This document shows positions 20,901 through 29,805 of a DNA stretch of 64,000 nucleotides, in pieces. Position 1 is the first letter of the stretch; each line of letters starts with the position of its first letter. The DNA lies in IMG/VR virus record IMGVR_UViG_3300025133_000060, positions 17,531-81,530 of that record; one strand, 5' to 3'. The notes beneath the pieces were generated by a model that ran no database searches, was not told the DNA's origin, and saw nothing but the letters and a program-made list of their open reading frames with translations. A program made the position numbers and the translations under genes. Source of the stretch: a virus.

Positions 20901-21916
20901 TCGAATACATCATTCGTGAGAATCTGTTGAATTGTCGACCCGCCAGCAAGCGACCATTCTGAAACGGCTTCTGCCACATCTGTTGCACCCATTGTAATTG
21001 CCCCCGTCATACCATCTGGTGAACTGATGTCCTTGCCGGTCAACAGGAATGGTTGTTGTGTTCTCATGTTCACCGACCAATGCGCCGAGAAGTCAAAAGC
21101 ATCGGCATCGAACTGGATTCCCGCCGCCGTTGTCATGGTGCTTTCGATTGGGGCCGACACAACAGTCGTGAGATAATTGGAATTGTGAGCATCGTGATAA
21201 ATCATTCCGATTCCGTTCGAGGGAATTGCTGGAATCGAATCGTGAACAATCGCCTCAACAATTCCCCCACCAATGAAAGTCGGTTCGGTGCAAAGTCCGA
21301 TGGATGATTTTGCGACCGTAGTTCCATAGATGAAGTCATATTGAGTTCGATATTCTCCTGTGTTGGAATCCGATTCCTTCATCCACGAATGATTCGCTGG
21401 TCGAGGTGAAGCATATCGTTGGTCAGGATGGTCAGTATATTGACCACATTCCGTGATACTCAATCCAGCGAATTGAGCCGAACCTGTCAATTGAGTCGCA
21501 TCCCATCTCCCCATAGACACATCTTGGCCAATCTGACCGAACAACAACGACCCACGAGTGTGGCTCATGACGGGTGCGCTGGTGTTGATTCTCAAGCCTG
21601 TCGCTCGTGCTTCTTGATTCAAACCTGTCGGGTCCACTATCGGCCATTCGTCTTTGGCGAGATTGGTTGCCGAAGGACACACCGCTTTGGGATTGATTGT
21701 CGTTCCAGATGCGGTTGTTGCTTGAGTCGTTCGTGGTGTCCAAATGGCTTCATCAAATAACGCCATGCGAGTGGCTTGAGCATCGGCGATGTTGTCTTTG
21801 ATACTATCGTTGAACACCAGCGTCAATGGGAGTCCACGAGAACCGACCGGTGGAATAGCATCAACGGTGTCCACAGGCATTCCTGTGGCGGGAGTGATTG
21901 CTGGCGCTGGCGACAC
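14960..21916 (-). CDS. Giant virion protein (2318 aa), probable tail fibre/receptor-binding protein
   Basis: G/T/S/P-rich; C-terminal beta-propeller-like repeats (DSAGTIH, IDGNDRLH, TDGKGNIH); end of tail module. Confidence 0.65.
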   Translation of the reverse strand: MSPAPAITPATGMPVDTVDAIPPVGSRGLPLTLVFNDSIKDNIADAQATRMALFDEAIWTPRTTQATTASGTTINPKAVCPSATNLAKDEWPIVDPTGLNQEARATGLRINTSAPVMSHTRGSLLFGQIGQDVSMGRWDATQLTGSAQFAGLSITECGQYTDHPDQRYASPRPANHSWMKESDSNTGEYRTQYDFIYGTTVAKSSIGLCTEPTFIGGGIVEAIVHDSIPAIPSNGIGMIYHDAHNSNYLTTVVSAPIESTMTTAAGIQFDADAFDFSAHWSVNMRTQQPFLLTGKDISSPDGMTGAITMGATDVAEAVSEWSLAGGSTIQQILTNDVFDDGTGATPLTATNLGRADLGASVVADSVGLIGYEGVITATAFFAPTKATDTGGVLGPVSIADASKGYAGLNIQVNSGTPVRRNGYTTGTPTQPAYLYGSDGGRIDPMFDALSTHAGRAATHPLGVDVNANATWFRNFSSGDLHTSAIPDQPTMVGPLGRVPHQLVNSNQIKQGGAGTTGKIIGSNTKGDDSPELIDSTYSTGRWIADGVPTKVQIVPVITGYTDIEVSAGAAKLANHPSAASQTFRKPLVDYHVIVSVVRESHVPDGTADTSVGNTPTGTPTQRNNPDGTRLSVNCDFSDIPCTIYHGIFRIDPTSLEQIFIDATAGAALGIDPLENECPMSVMPRHTWADIEEGEAHMGWGLHQATPFRPLALADTNTKIPDLCAAVEGGGSFQRGGISHVWDACEYKGEIFIGADVIDPTQLCQTSTTVDGQPHYGIWGNGQVWPDGVGTPTIPQGCELLVWRYSPTLDPLYTRSSTYLSNPILSGFPSSGVSIPYSAATCDSITRTQIGELTNTPLGYGAVWSIHDWVMPQIEMMRYLGREEKNAVKHPKASGGSAPIYHPTLHCSSLRAMDDGRFVMAAVHVDYIKTENDYPAVDIKYPLNPDLDTGGCPAGYYQSGGKCIPIGGESADYPAGFGPDPQSGDAKPSSSVPTPVNGSGGSTPKSDNFSAYPTWSKLMANTQARSLILMFSDAKADPDTGFAKRGRALFDITWEKVSIGTGGTIENIARQTWTDGDTWWSGARISYWYQESGQRAIPITYGSYPDCRMSYANLPRSLPFLINEYGTPALSDSARISSGFPTIQPIITAKSMSKATPDLVDNDTRITDAWVGIRNSHVKLTRFVPTTIGFADFGSGANPFQELGWSGWSFPRGLFDPISYGDNQTFFSDAPESLDASPLVGGVITPTEQAIFKGFGDVADDSDSAGANLWAPNVGRFVDLRGVSFPTTLDSMIVYKLGTGPHERIFAPVSVSSVADIVAAILDPLLSDWSTIYESQYQASDGRALREEPTNYLVRTWDPNLPPPLEAIGAMEWTSLTVGGRVFSWGSAEVQGHRLMRGRVGGWSHHGPLHYGISTKMHPYRVDRVFKQVHGGVGYNIPIHLLIPPAVSVRARAGGKNAIELEMETPFHRTDNIHLLGASQFNTGFELGGESPPDAARPVAGQYFLRTNLWDKPTWGSGGVSGAQIAPMDTIGTRVHGPIVSGSFGLEAFWSDHPTDHFHASAMPILPNSDYDLAMIESSRYSPLMLARVNEIHELDVLALSEQLQSSVDVHVSQTAKPMWDSGSIASAVGMGFQDPKGVYMIQRQSNMDGNDMSGPAVMAGGSGPQNLGMGQRQLRTPDGTLHQFFIRRSCQSGSDNLPQWTHIKKPLHGDLFWNKKAMKPQNESAVFGGLDEVGPLLNSIGAGLTTPAEYHKGRVMGAAFASDSAGTIHAILEYHANPDDTANHRAHRFYYHKAVRTSPSQNPDPIYDWDWSIHTPVLLQGGATYTGLEAGGTMWDMRHPSLVIDGNDRLHLSFVQPMSHVGSTGLPQNNRIYYTSKLAGEDSFPTFTPIDNAELQGRPDDNRYQVVNGLIVDAAETDLNQPASGPHYTTYNDCPKVVLRGDNIPVVFYRGLPIQSFADASRNYDAIYCNIGQSPNRISDPSGRFAFDTTKCFHVVGLPPDSKNPMETKDVVYYDAIIDERDRAIVLSIKDDRESSPVAYAPRQTLISVFDTRKTLAEQYTSTDGLGAHITLWRGPVYDGVSELRKTNPNYRDISLTTDGKGNIHIVMSFTMIGSDDGRFGEVYRDATVPKARQSALSPLIWAATPTGDETAASEVPYIGGFIKPAESPNWTKSITPPITPYMDSSVGSEHQHLVHCWVPSIEFDTTANTLRSVNIRWLSVPSLRWDEVNNTWSPVGSAQTMAGEEDFPHHSPQLRFQRFWGYDASEIDLRWFTNELAWYRTNTKGAEVFYPSAGGIQMELGTSIDGGGEGLAGYPEG

Positions 21917-21960
21917 ATCAAATGGTCATTCGTGCCGCTTTAAGTGGTTATTGATGAAAT

Positions 21961-22266
21961 GAAAAAAGACTTCAACCCCCGAAGGAGTATGAAGCGAGTC
22001 GAGATTTAAGGCAGAACAAAACCTTTGGACAGTTTAACCCCCACTCCGGTTCTCGCTCACAAGCGGTGATTTGCTTAGAACTCTGACAGGCCTTCTTGGG
22101 GGAATACGCCGCATTCACGCCTTGATATTTCAACCACCGATATTCCGGTGGCTCTTGGTATTTCAACCCGCAAGGCGATACTCTGTTTGGCGCATCCATG
22201 AATCCTCTCGACTCAATGCCCCCATTCAAAGAAGAGGGGCGGCTTCGGTGGGGGTGTTCTCCCACA
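21961..22266 (-). ncRNA. Candidate structured ncRNA A (about 300 nt)
   Basis: Own promoter at 22289-22316; nested helices GAGUCGAGA/UCUCGACUC, GGAUGCGCC/GGCGUAUUC, CGCCUUG/CAAGGCG, CCACCGG/UCGGUGG, CCCCCA/UGGGGG; UUCG hairpin then U6. Confidence 0.65.
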
Positions 22267-22316
22267 AACCTATCGAGTCAGCATCGACTATATGAACTCT
22301 TCGGAATATCAATGGT

Positions 22317-24128
22317 TTATTGAGATATTCCAAGCGTGAACTTCAATGTCGACATCAAGTCTTGGCCTTGCCGACCCACCGTCAATGTCATTGTCGAACC
22401 TGATGGACTCATGCCCCATGCGATGTTGAATATCCTATGGCGACCAGATAGACTCGCCTCGTTCGATGCGAACTCCATCACATCTCCGACTCTCAAATCG
22501 AATCGCTCTGGAATGCCGTTGACCACCCACTTGGTTCGTTGAAGTCCTTGAGTATTCAAGAAGTATTCGCCAACCAATTTTGCTTGAACTTCATCGGTGA
22601 TTGAATCATCCTCAATTCTCTTCTCCACAGGAATGGATGGGTATCGAGTGGAATCGGTTGCTGGAACTGACACATTTATGTCCAGTTCAGGATTCGACAC
22701 TATCGCAACATTGAATCCTGTGATTTCACCGGATTCTCTCTCAATTCCTGTTGGATAGAAGTCTTGTGGCAACGCACTTCTCGGCATTCGACCGGCGATG
22801 AATGGTTGGACTGTTGCATCATCGACTTCACGCAATTTGCGAAAATTGATGTAGCCATCCGCCGAGCAATATATCTGGTTCAAGGCGGGAGTGCTATTGA
22901 TGATATTCAATATCGTTTGGATTGCCGACAGGCGAGTCTGACCAACGAAGTTCATTCCGGCTGGGAGAACGACATGGGATTGATTTGCCATGCGACCAAC
23001 AGGCGGAGCATAAGTGGAGTTCGCCACAATGTCTTTGATAACGGTTGCCGCATCGGTTTGAAAATATGTCATTGACCCCTTGACCACTTCGAGATTCAAA
23101 TAGCCGAGCGCACACAAACACTTGAATGAAATGTCGCTCGATGATTCGTGAACTTCTGATACAAATCCGGTGAACACAAGTGGTGGACTCGCCCATGTTC
23201 TCGGACTCGCATACACTTGAACTGTATCGCCTCGCTTAATCCAGCCAGTTCTTCTGCCAGATGGATTATTGAGTTCGATATTGACTTCGGTGGGGCCATT
23301 GAAGTTCTGTGTGAGATTCACAGAAGTGATTCCATGCAAATCATTGAGTCCGTTGATAACAACAGTCGGGGATTGTGGTGTTGCTTCATCTCGTGCGAGG
23401 GGTCCATAGAGATTCCTGAACAACACTCTCCGTGAGCGAGCGAAGAATATCTTGTGCGCCCAGCCGTTTCTAAGCCCCCCTAAGCGCATCCTTTTGGGTC
23501 GGTTAGTCCATTGTAGTCCTTCGGGATTCCAACCGCCGTCAGAGAAGCCCAATCGCCCCAAATTGAATACTGGTTGAGGGAGAATGGCGGTGGGATATGC
23601 ACCTTCGGTGGGGCCGGTTGTCATGGAGAATCCACCACGAGGACCCCCGCCTCTTCTGGTGATTATGTCTTGTTGGTCGGGGAATCCTGTTGAACCTTGA
23701 TAATTGTAGCCGAATCCGAGCGCACCCGTTTTGACATCGCCATGCAATTGAGGGTCAAACGGTCTTGGTGTGGTCAGGCTTGTGTAGCCCAGCGTGGTGT
23801 TCCTATCTCGCAACCAAACGCCACTCAAGTCAGATGGGAATGGAATCATATCCAAACCCCAATCCACCGGATAATGTGCCGGTCGATACATGAGTTCCTT
23901 TTCACTATGACTTGCATCGAGTTCGACTCCTGTGCCTTCGCTCATAGATTCGTGGGAATGTTCCAACCAGATTCGTGAAGCCCAACGAGCGATGGCGGTG
24001 CGAGGTCGGCGAGGGTCTTGACCCATCCGTTCGATTTCATCCAACAAGCCCTTCGGCGGAGTGATGATTAGTTCATCATCGCCAGACCTGACCAAGCGGT
24101 GGAATCGCTCGATACTGTCTTTGTCCAT
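22317..24128 (-). CDS. Tail tip/baseplate hub-like protein
   Basis: IKRGDTVQVY..VFTGFVSEV..CALGYL and LRVGDVM..HRIFNIAW..MTLTVG patterns typical of hub proteins; tail module. Confidence 0.65.
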   Translation of the reverse strand: MDKDSIERFHRLVRSGDDELIITPPKGLLDEIERMGQDPRRPRTAIARWASRIWLEHSHESMSEGTGVELDASHSEKELMYRPAHYPVDWGLDMIPFPSDLSGVWLRDRNTTLGYTSLTTPRPFDPQLHGDVKTGALGFGYNYQGSTGFPDQQDIITRRGGGPRGGFSMTTGPTEGAYPTAILPQPVFNLGRLGFSDGGWNPEGLQWTNRPKRMRLGGLRNGWAHKIFFARSRRVLFRNLYGPLARDEATPQSPTVVINGLNDLHGITSVNLTQNFNGPTEVNIELNNPSGRRTGWIKRGDTVQVYASPRTWASPPLVFTGFVSEVHESSSDISFKCLCALGYLNLEVVKGSMTYFQTDAATVIKDIVANSTYAPPVGRMANQSHVVLPAGMNFVGQTRLSAIQTILNIINSTPALNQIYCSADGYINFRKLREVDDATVQPFIAGRMPRSALPQDFYPTGIERESGEITGFNVAIVSNPELDINVSVPATDSTRYPSIPVEKRIEDDSITDEVQAKLVGEYFLNTQGLQRTKWVVNGIPERFDLRVGDVMEFASNEASLSGRHRIFNIAWGMSPSGSTMTLTVGRQGQDLMSTLKFTLGISQ

Positions 24129-24147
24129 ACACTATCGTGCGCCCTTG

Positions 24148-24160
24148 CGGGTTATCACGG
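24148..24160 (-). promoter_or_regulatory. Representative late-class promoter CCGTGATAA(A/C)CC / TTAACCC
   Basis: Copies at 24151, 39834, 48538, 56127, 37643; TTAA variants before portal, protease, HNH and giant tail gene. Confidence 0.7.
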
Positions 24161-24164
24161 TTGT

Positions 24165-24437
24165 TCAAAAGTTCGTTTTGATGTAGCAAGATGCGAGATG
24201 GTCAATGAATCCGTGAATTGCTTCGGGGTTATGCCATTCGATTTCACGAATGGTGTGGCGAATCTGCGCCTGTTCTGGGTATGATGCGACTTCAATAACC
24301 ATGCGGATAACTTCATCAGAGTCGATGTAGTGGCACATCGACTGGTCATCAATGTATTGGATGGTTCGATTTGGCAGGTTGCGCTCTGCGAAGTATGTGG
24401 TCAAGTATTTCTGAACGAGAGTTTCTTGGGTCGCCAT
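24165..24437 (-). CDS. Hypothetical protein (90 aa), self-promoted cassette within tail genes
   Basis: ATG 22 nt after TTCATATA with upstream ATTGAGA/ATTGTGATT boxes. Confidence 0.7.
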   Translation of the reverse strand: MATQETLVQKYLTTYFAERNLPNRTIQYIDDQSMCHYIDSDEVIRMVIEVASYPEQAQIRHTIREIEWHNPEAIHGFIDHLASCYIKTNF

Positions 24438-24576
24438 GTTAAAGACGAGGGGTTTCGCCTATATGAACCCTTTGGTTCTCTCAATGTTTGAGAATCACAA
24501 TTGAATAGTTCTCGATTATTCATAGTTCATAAAGGGTCGAGCAAACCATTGTGATTGATAAGTATCGAAGCGAATA

Positions 24577-27500
24577 TCAAACGCCAAGACCCGCCTCTCG
24601 AACCAGATTGATTGTGTATGGAGTTTCACCATGTCGACCACCTTCTCGATTGTAGTCGAACGATGTGATTCGACCCACGAATGTTTTGCCTGTCGGTGTT
24701 CCTACATAATTGACGGATTCCCACATGAACTCCACGAGCGAACCACTCATCAGCAATTCTTCAACGAACTCAATATCGGCATTGGCGGTTTCAGTCAGGA
24801 ATGAACCGGAGAGAGCGAACTCATCATGTCTTTGACCCATATCCGTCAGTTCTGGATAGACGGCATCGAGAACAGGAGTTTGCGACCATTCTGCGCTTCG
24901 GTTGCGTTGGAATCCCTTTGGCATGATATTGAAAACGAGAGGAACCACGAGCGTTGCTGGCAGAACCTTGATAATCGCCGTTGCGGTTTGTGAGGATGCA
25001 CTATCATTGTCGACAACGACCAATGTGGCTTGGTATTCACCAGCCGCCGCATAGGTGTGTTGGGCGGTTCCAGATGCGTTGGTTGTTGACCCCGACCCAT
25101 CTCCGTATGTGAATGTGTATGAAGAGAGGCTCGCACCCGCATTGATGTCGAATGAATCTGTTCCATCGAGAGTGATGGGTTGCCCTGCTCTGATGAGAGA
25201 TGGAACGGCTCGGAGAACTGCGACTGGTGCGGAGTTCACCACGACAACACTCATGGTCGCCGCATCCGATTCATTCCCCGCATCGTCTTTGGAATACACT
25301 TTCGCATCATAAGTTCCGGCGATGAGATATGAGTGTGCCGTATCATAAGTATTGGTTTGAAGCGTCTGGTCGGTGAATGGCAACCAATCGGTGATGACTC
25401 CATCTCCAAAGTCGAACTTGACTTGTGTGATGATTCGGTCGATGTCAGTCGTGATTCCAGTTCCCCTGAATGACACAATATGACCGACCTTTGTGTCAAT
25501 GGGGGGAGTGATGTCGCCATTGAAGGTGTTGCCTATGCAAGCAATACTGGCGGTTGGTTTGATGTCATACTCAAGCGACCACGAACGAATGATTGGGGTT
25601 GTTGACCAATCCACAGGTTGAAGCGTTGCCATCGAACTTGTTGGAACATAGAATAAGAATCGAATCACGAATCCATTGGTTGTTGCATCGGTTGGGAGAG
25701 TGGTCAAATCAATCGAGCCGAATCCGCCGATGACATTCAAATCCAGAGCATCAAAGTTCTCGTATGGAGTTCCACCTTCGCCTTGACGAAGAACCGTCAA
25801 ATCGGTTGCGATATTGTCATTGACCGGACAGATTGACACCTTGACATTCATGCCCTTTGACACATTGATGTTGTCGACTTCGACACTCAAGCCTGTGTAT
25901 TTGCCAACACCCGCAATTTGTTGCTTGCGAGAGTCCACAGGGAATGGAATCATAGCATCGGATGGAATGTGCCGGATGGTGATTTCATCCATCTGGAACG
26001 CCGCATTCGTTTTGTTGTATGTTGGGTTCGCCATCCACATATCGTTGCCGACTCCATCGTGAAGTGGACTTGCATTTGATTTCAATCCTTGACCACAAGA
26101 CTTCTGAAACAACAATGAGAATCCCCACACAGGGTCGTTGGAGTTCAGGTCTTTGCCCTTGCTCGCACCATCTATGCTCATTGTCATGCCTTCTTCATCG
26201 AATGTCGCTCGCATGGTGTGATAACCTTCGGTCATTGTGAATGGTGTGCCGGTTCCAATGTAGTTCCCCATAGTTCCCCAGCCCACATTATTTCCTCCCA
26301 TAGCGGCATACGGCCACGAGTTCTCCAATGCGACATCAACCCAATCACCGCCCAACGATACATCGGCTTGGTTGTAATTGAACGCTGGCGGTTCACCCCA
26401 CATGGCCGACCCACCCCAGACAAATATCTGGGAATTGTGCGAAGCCAATTTGGTTTGTGATTCGTTTTGAATGTTCATGCTTTTCCAGCCCAAGTCTGTC
26501 GCCGAGCCTTCTCCTGTTCCCCAAGACACTTCGTCATTCAAGCCTTCGATGAGTCCGATTCGAGTGAATCCTTGTGTCCAAGTCAACATCGAACCGTGAT
26601 TGTTGTGAGCATGACGACCGAACTGGATATTATTCACGCCAGTATCGAAGTCGATAATAGTCAACAAATCCTTCTGAACTGGCCACCACGCTTTTATCTG
26701 CAAATCCAACCAGATTGGAGAACACCCGACTTCGGTGAGTCCAGTATTTGTTGTCTCCATTCCGTATGTTCGGTCTCCAACAACGGTTGGGTTGGGTTCG
26801 AGTAATGTCCATGATGTTTGCCCGAATGACCCATAACCACCCTTCGTGGCGACTCGCTCGTGGACTGGCCAGATTCGATTGCGACCATACGGCCACTTCT
26901 CGACACCCGTTCCGGCTGGACAATAATCCCATGCGTGATAGCCGGTTGCTTGGTCATAGAATGAAGTGAATAGAATTGTCATTCCCTTGCTAAACCATCC
27001 TGCGGATTGGGAATTGTATGAGAACTTACTCGCATTCTTCGACAGCACATTCGCAGGGTCGGTTTGACTCATTTCATAGACGGCGTTGTGGCCAACCGAG
27101 AAGTTCGACCATCCCATATCCGCCACCAATTCCATTCCAGAACTCGAAAGACGGTCAACATTTGTGATGCTGAAATACTGACCAGCATGGCCGAATGAGT
27201 TTGGTGCGTTGCACCGTAGCATTCCACCACCATGCCCACCGGCTATCGGGTTCGATATGAACACATCTTGAGTGGGTGATTGGAGAGATATTCCAGCAGG
27301 GGTATTCGCATAATCCCCAAACCATCCACCCATGTCGTTTGACCATAATGCGAGAGGGTCGAGTGTCAATCTGGTCGGGCTGGTGAAATTATGGCCACCG
27401 TATGCAGGAACATTTTGACCACCAATGTATGCGCCACCAATGAATCCGACACCCATTTCAGCATCATAAATGGGGCCTTGTGTGGTGAATATGTTGTATT

Positions 27501-29805
27501 TGTTGGGGGAATAACTGGCTGACCTATCTCTATCTCGGCCTACTGCCGTTCCCGACCCCGCATAGAATCCTGATATTGGGTCGTATGGCCAAGTCCCACC
27601 ATTCCCAATGTCGGTGTCATTGACGGATGCTGAACCATCCCAATAATTGTAGCCGCCCCATGAGAACTCCGCCCCACCCATGATGCCCTGACAGACGAAT
27701 CCTTTGGCACAAGCGTATGTGGTAATGTCTTGGATTGAATTAGATTTGCTCGAAGGTGGGTCGGGCAAAGATATGCTATATCCGGTGTTGATGGTGAAGG
27801 TCAATTTGTGGCCGGTGAATGTGCCTACTGCACCACTCACAATTGTCGACTTGGCTACGCTTGCGAGCGCATCGACAGCCGTGATAATCCACCAACCAGA
27901 ACGAGATGAATAGCCACCCAATGTGTCAGTCGCTCCACCACCAAGCACCACACTCATCCAAGTGTCAGCATCCCATTCCATCCCATATTCTCGACTATTT
28001 GGACCCTGTTGCCATTGATACATCAAAGTTCCATCGGCGGCACGAAGGCCATTCAATACACCATCCATCTCCATGTAAATTGGCATACCTGCTTTCCATT
28101 TGTTCGCCTTGCCCACTTCGGTGTTATTATCCTCAACCCACACCGTCAGAGTTCCTGTGGCAGTTCCCGAAGTGGTATGAGGATTCCCCGACCCATCACC
28201 GCTGGCTTGCCCAACCGCATAAATTGGCGCACGAGTCGGGTTGGGTCGCACCAAACACGAACGAGGTTGTTGTTGAAGGGTTGCGGCAACGGGTGAACTC
28301 AAGGTGTTTGGTGAACTCCCACCATCTCCGGTCGCTCCATTGATGTATGCGTCATTTTGTTGACTATTCCACTCTATGTATGCAGGAAACCATTTGTATT
28401 GCACGACATCATAGTCATAGTTCCATCCTTGACCGGCTGGGCATAAGGGGCCTTGAATGAAATCAAACAAAGGGAATATCTGTGCGGATTGACTTCGTGA
28501 GGTTGTCGGTGTGTCCAGTTCGGCTTGGGTATTGGCGACTCCACCCTTGCCATTCCAAACCGCATAGCAAGTCGTTCCATCCGAGCCGCCAATGGTTCTC
28601 GCTGGGTCATAGATGTAGGGGATAAGTGAGCCACCAGAGAGTGTATATGTGCCGTCTTTCAAGAAGCAAGCGAGTGCAGTTCGCATTCGATATGAGGGTC
28701 CACCATAGGCGGATGATGATGGGTCAATATCCCAATTGACATAATCCCATAGGTTGTCGGGATTCCGAACAGTATCGACCTTTTGAAATGAACCAACCTG
28801 CCCCTCTTTGAAATCTCCAGATGACTTGAACCATTTGAATCGAGCCCCGCTAACCGTCTCAGTTTGTGGATATACTGTGTCGGTTTGAGGTTGTTGATTA
28901 TGACGGGTCATTCCTTCGTCAAAGAAATTGAAATATGTTCCCGAATCACCAATTCCAGATTCGGCTGGTCGGGCTTCTGTCCAGACGCCCCTCACAATGT
29001 CGTTGCTCACCCCCGCAGTCTCATATGATAATTGATTGTTATCATATAGCAACGGTTGGAACATCGTGGCGATGTAAAGGCCGATGTTCGGTAATGGATT
29101 GTTGTGAGCAAGGTCAATGCGTGGGTCGAGATTGGCCGCTGGCCAAGCGGATGATGAGGCGATTGTTCCACCGACACTTGTATCTCCCTTGAGACCCTGT
29201 GGGAGCCAAGCCGATTTAGTGGCCTGTTCGACCGCCATTCCGGTTGTTGCCGCCCAATAGGTATCGAAGGCGAGTTTATCCCACGAATTGGCTAATCCAT
29301 CCATCCAATCAATGAAGTCTTGAAGTGTTGCATATACCGGATAGGGGCCAGCCGAGTTCTTGTGGGGAGTCAATGGTGCGATGTTCTGGTTCATCGAACC
29401 AGCCGCCGCCGAGTCTTGAGCCCCATATCCATTCGATGTGTTCGTATCTGCGCTCGGCGAAACAAATCTCCATTCTGTGCTTGTGCCGTCAGGATGCGTC
29501 AAAATACAACGAGCATTATGAGTTCCAGAGTCGACAATCTCGATGGTCGGAGTTCCGGTTGGCTCACTCCCATCTATGTTCAAACACTCGACTCGAACAC
29601 CTGCCGTATTTGCTTCGTCATTGAATCCTCGACCTTCATCCTCAAGGGTATCTGCACCCAATTGAGTGTGGAACATCACAGGGTCAACGGATAAGCCGTT
29701 CTTGCCATCTCCCTTGATGTATGCTGGCCACCATCGTTGCTTCTCGGCCAAGTCATTGAGAACTCTTGAGAAGCGATATGAGATGATTCGTTTGAATGAT
29801 GCCAA
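24577..29805 (-). CDS. Large tail protein (1742 aa) with two PKD-like Ig domains and C-terminal distal-tail-like domain
   Basis: FDFGDG..HSYLIAGTY and FTYGDG..HTYAAAGEY PKD motifs; follows tape measure; TTG start. Confidence 0.7.
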   Translation of the reverse strand: MASFKRIISYRFSRVLNDLAEKQRWWPAYIKGDGKNGLSVDPVMFHTQLGADTLEDEGRGFNDEANTAGVRVECLNIDGSEPTGTPTIEIVDSGTHNARCILTHPDGTSTEWRFVSPSADTNTSNGYGAQDSAAAGSMNQNIAPLTPHKNSAGPYPVYATLQDFIDWMDGLANSWDKLAFDTYWAATTGMAVEQATKSAWLPQGLKGDTSVGGTIASSSAWPAANLDPRIDLAHNNPLPNIGLYIATMFQPLLYDNNQLSYETAGVSNDIVRGVWTEARPAESGIGDSGTYFNFFDEGMTRHNQQPQTDTVYPQTETVSGARFKWFKSSGDFKEGQVGSFQKVDTVRNPDNLWDYVNWDIDPSSSAYGGPSYRMRTALACFLKDGTYTLSGGSLIPYIYDPARTIGGSDGTTCYAVWNGKGGVANTQAELDTPTTSRSQSAQIFPLFDFIQGPLCPAGQGWNYDYDVVQYKWFPAYIEWNSQQNDAYINGATGDGGSSPNTLSSPVAATLQQQPRSCLVRPNPTRAPIYAVGQASGDGSGNPHTTSGTATGTLTVWVEDNNTEVGKANKWKAGMPIYMEMDGVLNGLRAADGTLMYQWQQGPNSREYGMEWDADTWMSVVLGGGATDTLGGYSSRSGWWIITAVDALASVAKSTIVSGAVGTFTGHKLTFTINTGYSISLPDPPSSKSNSIQDITTYACAKGFVCQGIMGGAEFSWGGYNYWDGSASVNDTDIGNGGTWPYDPISGFYAGSGTAVGRDRDRSASYSPNKYNIFTTQGPIYDAEMGVGFIGGAYIGGQNVPAYGGHNFTSPTRLTLDPLALWSNDMGGWFGDYANTPAGISLQSPTQDVFISNPIAGGHGGGMLRCNAPNSFGHAGQYFSITNVDRLSSSGMELVADMGWSNFSVGHNAVYEMSQTDPANVLSKNASKFSYNSQSAGWFSKGMTILFTSFYDQATGYHAWDYCPAGTGVEKWPYGRNRIWPVHERVATKGGYGSFGQTSWTLLEPNPTVVGDRTYGMETTNTGLTEVGCSPIWLDLQIKAWWPVQKDLLTIIDFDTGVNNIQFGRHAHNNHGSMLTWTQGFTRIGLIEGLNDEVSWGTGEGSATDLGWKSMNIQNESQTKLASHNSQIFVWGGSAMWGEPPAFNYNQADVSLGGDWVDVALENSWPYAAMGGNNVGWGTMGNYIGTGTPFTMTEGYHTMRATFDEEGMTMSIDGASKGKDLNSNDPVWGFSLLFQKSCGQGLKSNASPLHDGVGNDMWMANPTYNKTNAAFQMDEITIRHIPSDAMIPFPVDSRKQQIAGVGKYTGLSVEVDNINVSKGMNVKVSICPVNDNIATDLTVLRQGEGGTPYENFDALDLNVIGGFGSIDLTTLPTDATTNGFVIRFLFYVPTSSMATLQPVDWSTTPIIRSWSLEYDIKPTASIACIGNTFNGDITPPIDTKVGHIVSFRGTGITTDIDRIITQVKFDFGDGVITDWLPFTDQTLQTNTYDTAHSYLIAGTYDAKVYSKDDAGNESDAATMSVVVVNSAPVAVLRAVPSLIRAGQPITLDGTDSFDINAGASLSSYTFTYGDGSGSTTNASGTAQHTYAAAGEYQATLVVVDNDSASSQTATAIIKVLPATLVVPLVFNIMPKGFQRNRSAEWSQTPVLDAVYPELTDMGQRHDEFALSGSFLTETANADIEFVEELLMSGSLVEFMWESVNYVGTPTGKTFVGRITSFDYNREGGRHGETPYTINLVREAGLGV

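Noticed and set aside
22115-22170. GTTGAAATA(C/T)CAAG duplication as a CRISPR mini-array
   Set aside because: Only two 15-nt copies with a self-complementary spacer; no array periodicity or cas operon (the Cas4-like gene sits in a recombination module)
21961-22266. RNA A as RNase P or SRP RNA
   Set aside because: Similar length, but the GAGGAAAGUCC P4 motif and the SRP helix-8 motif were not found
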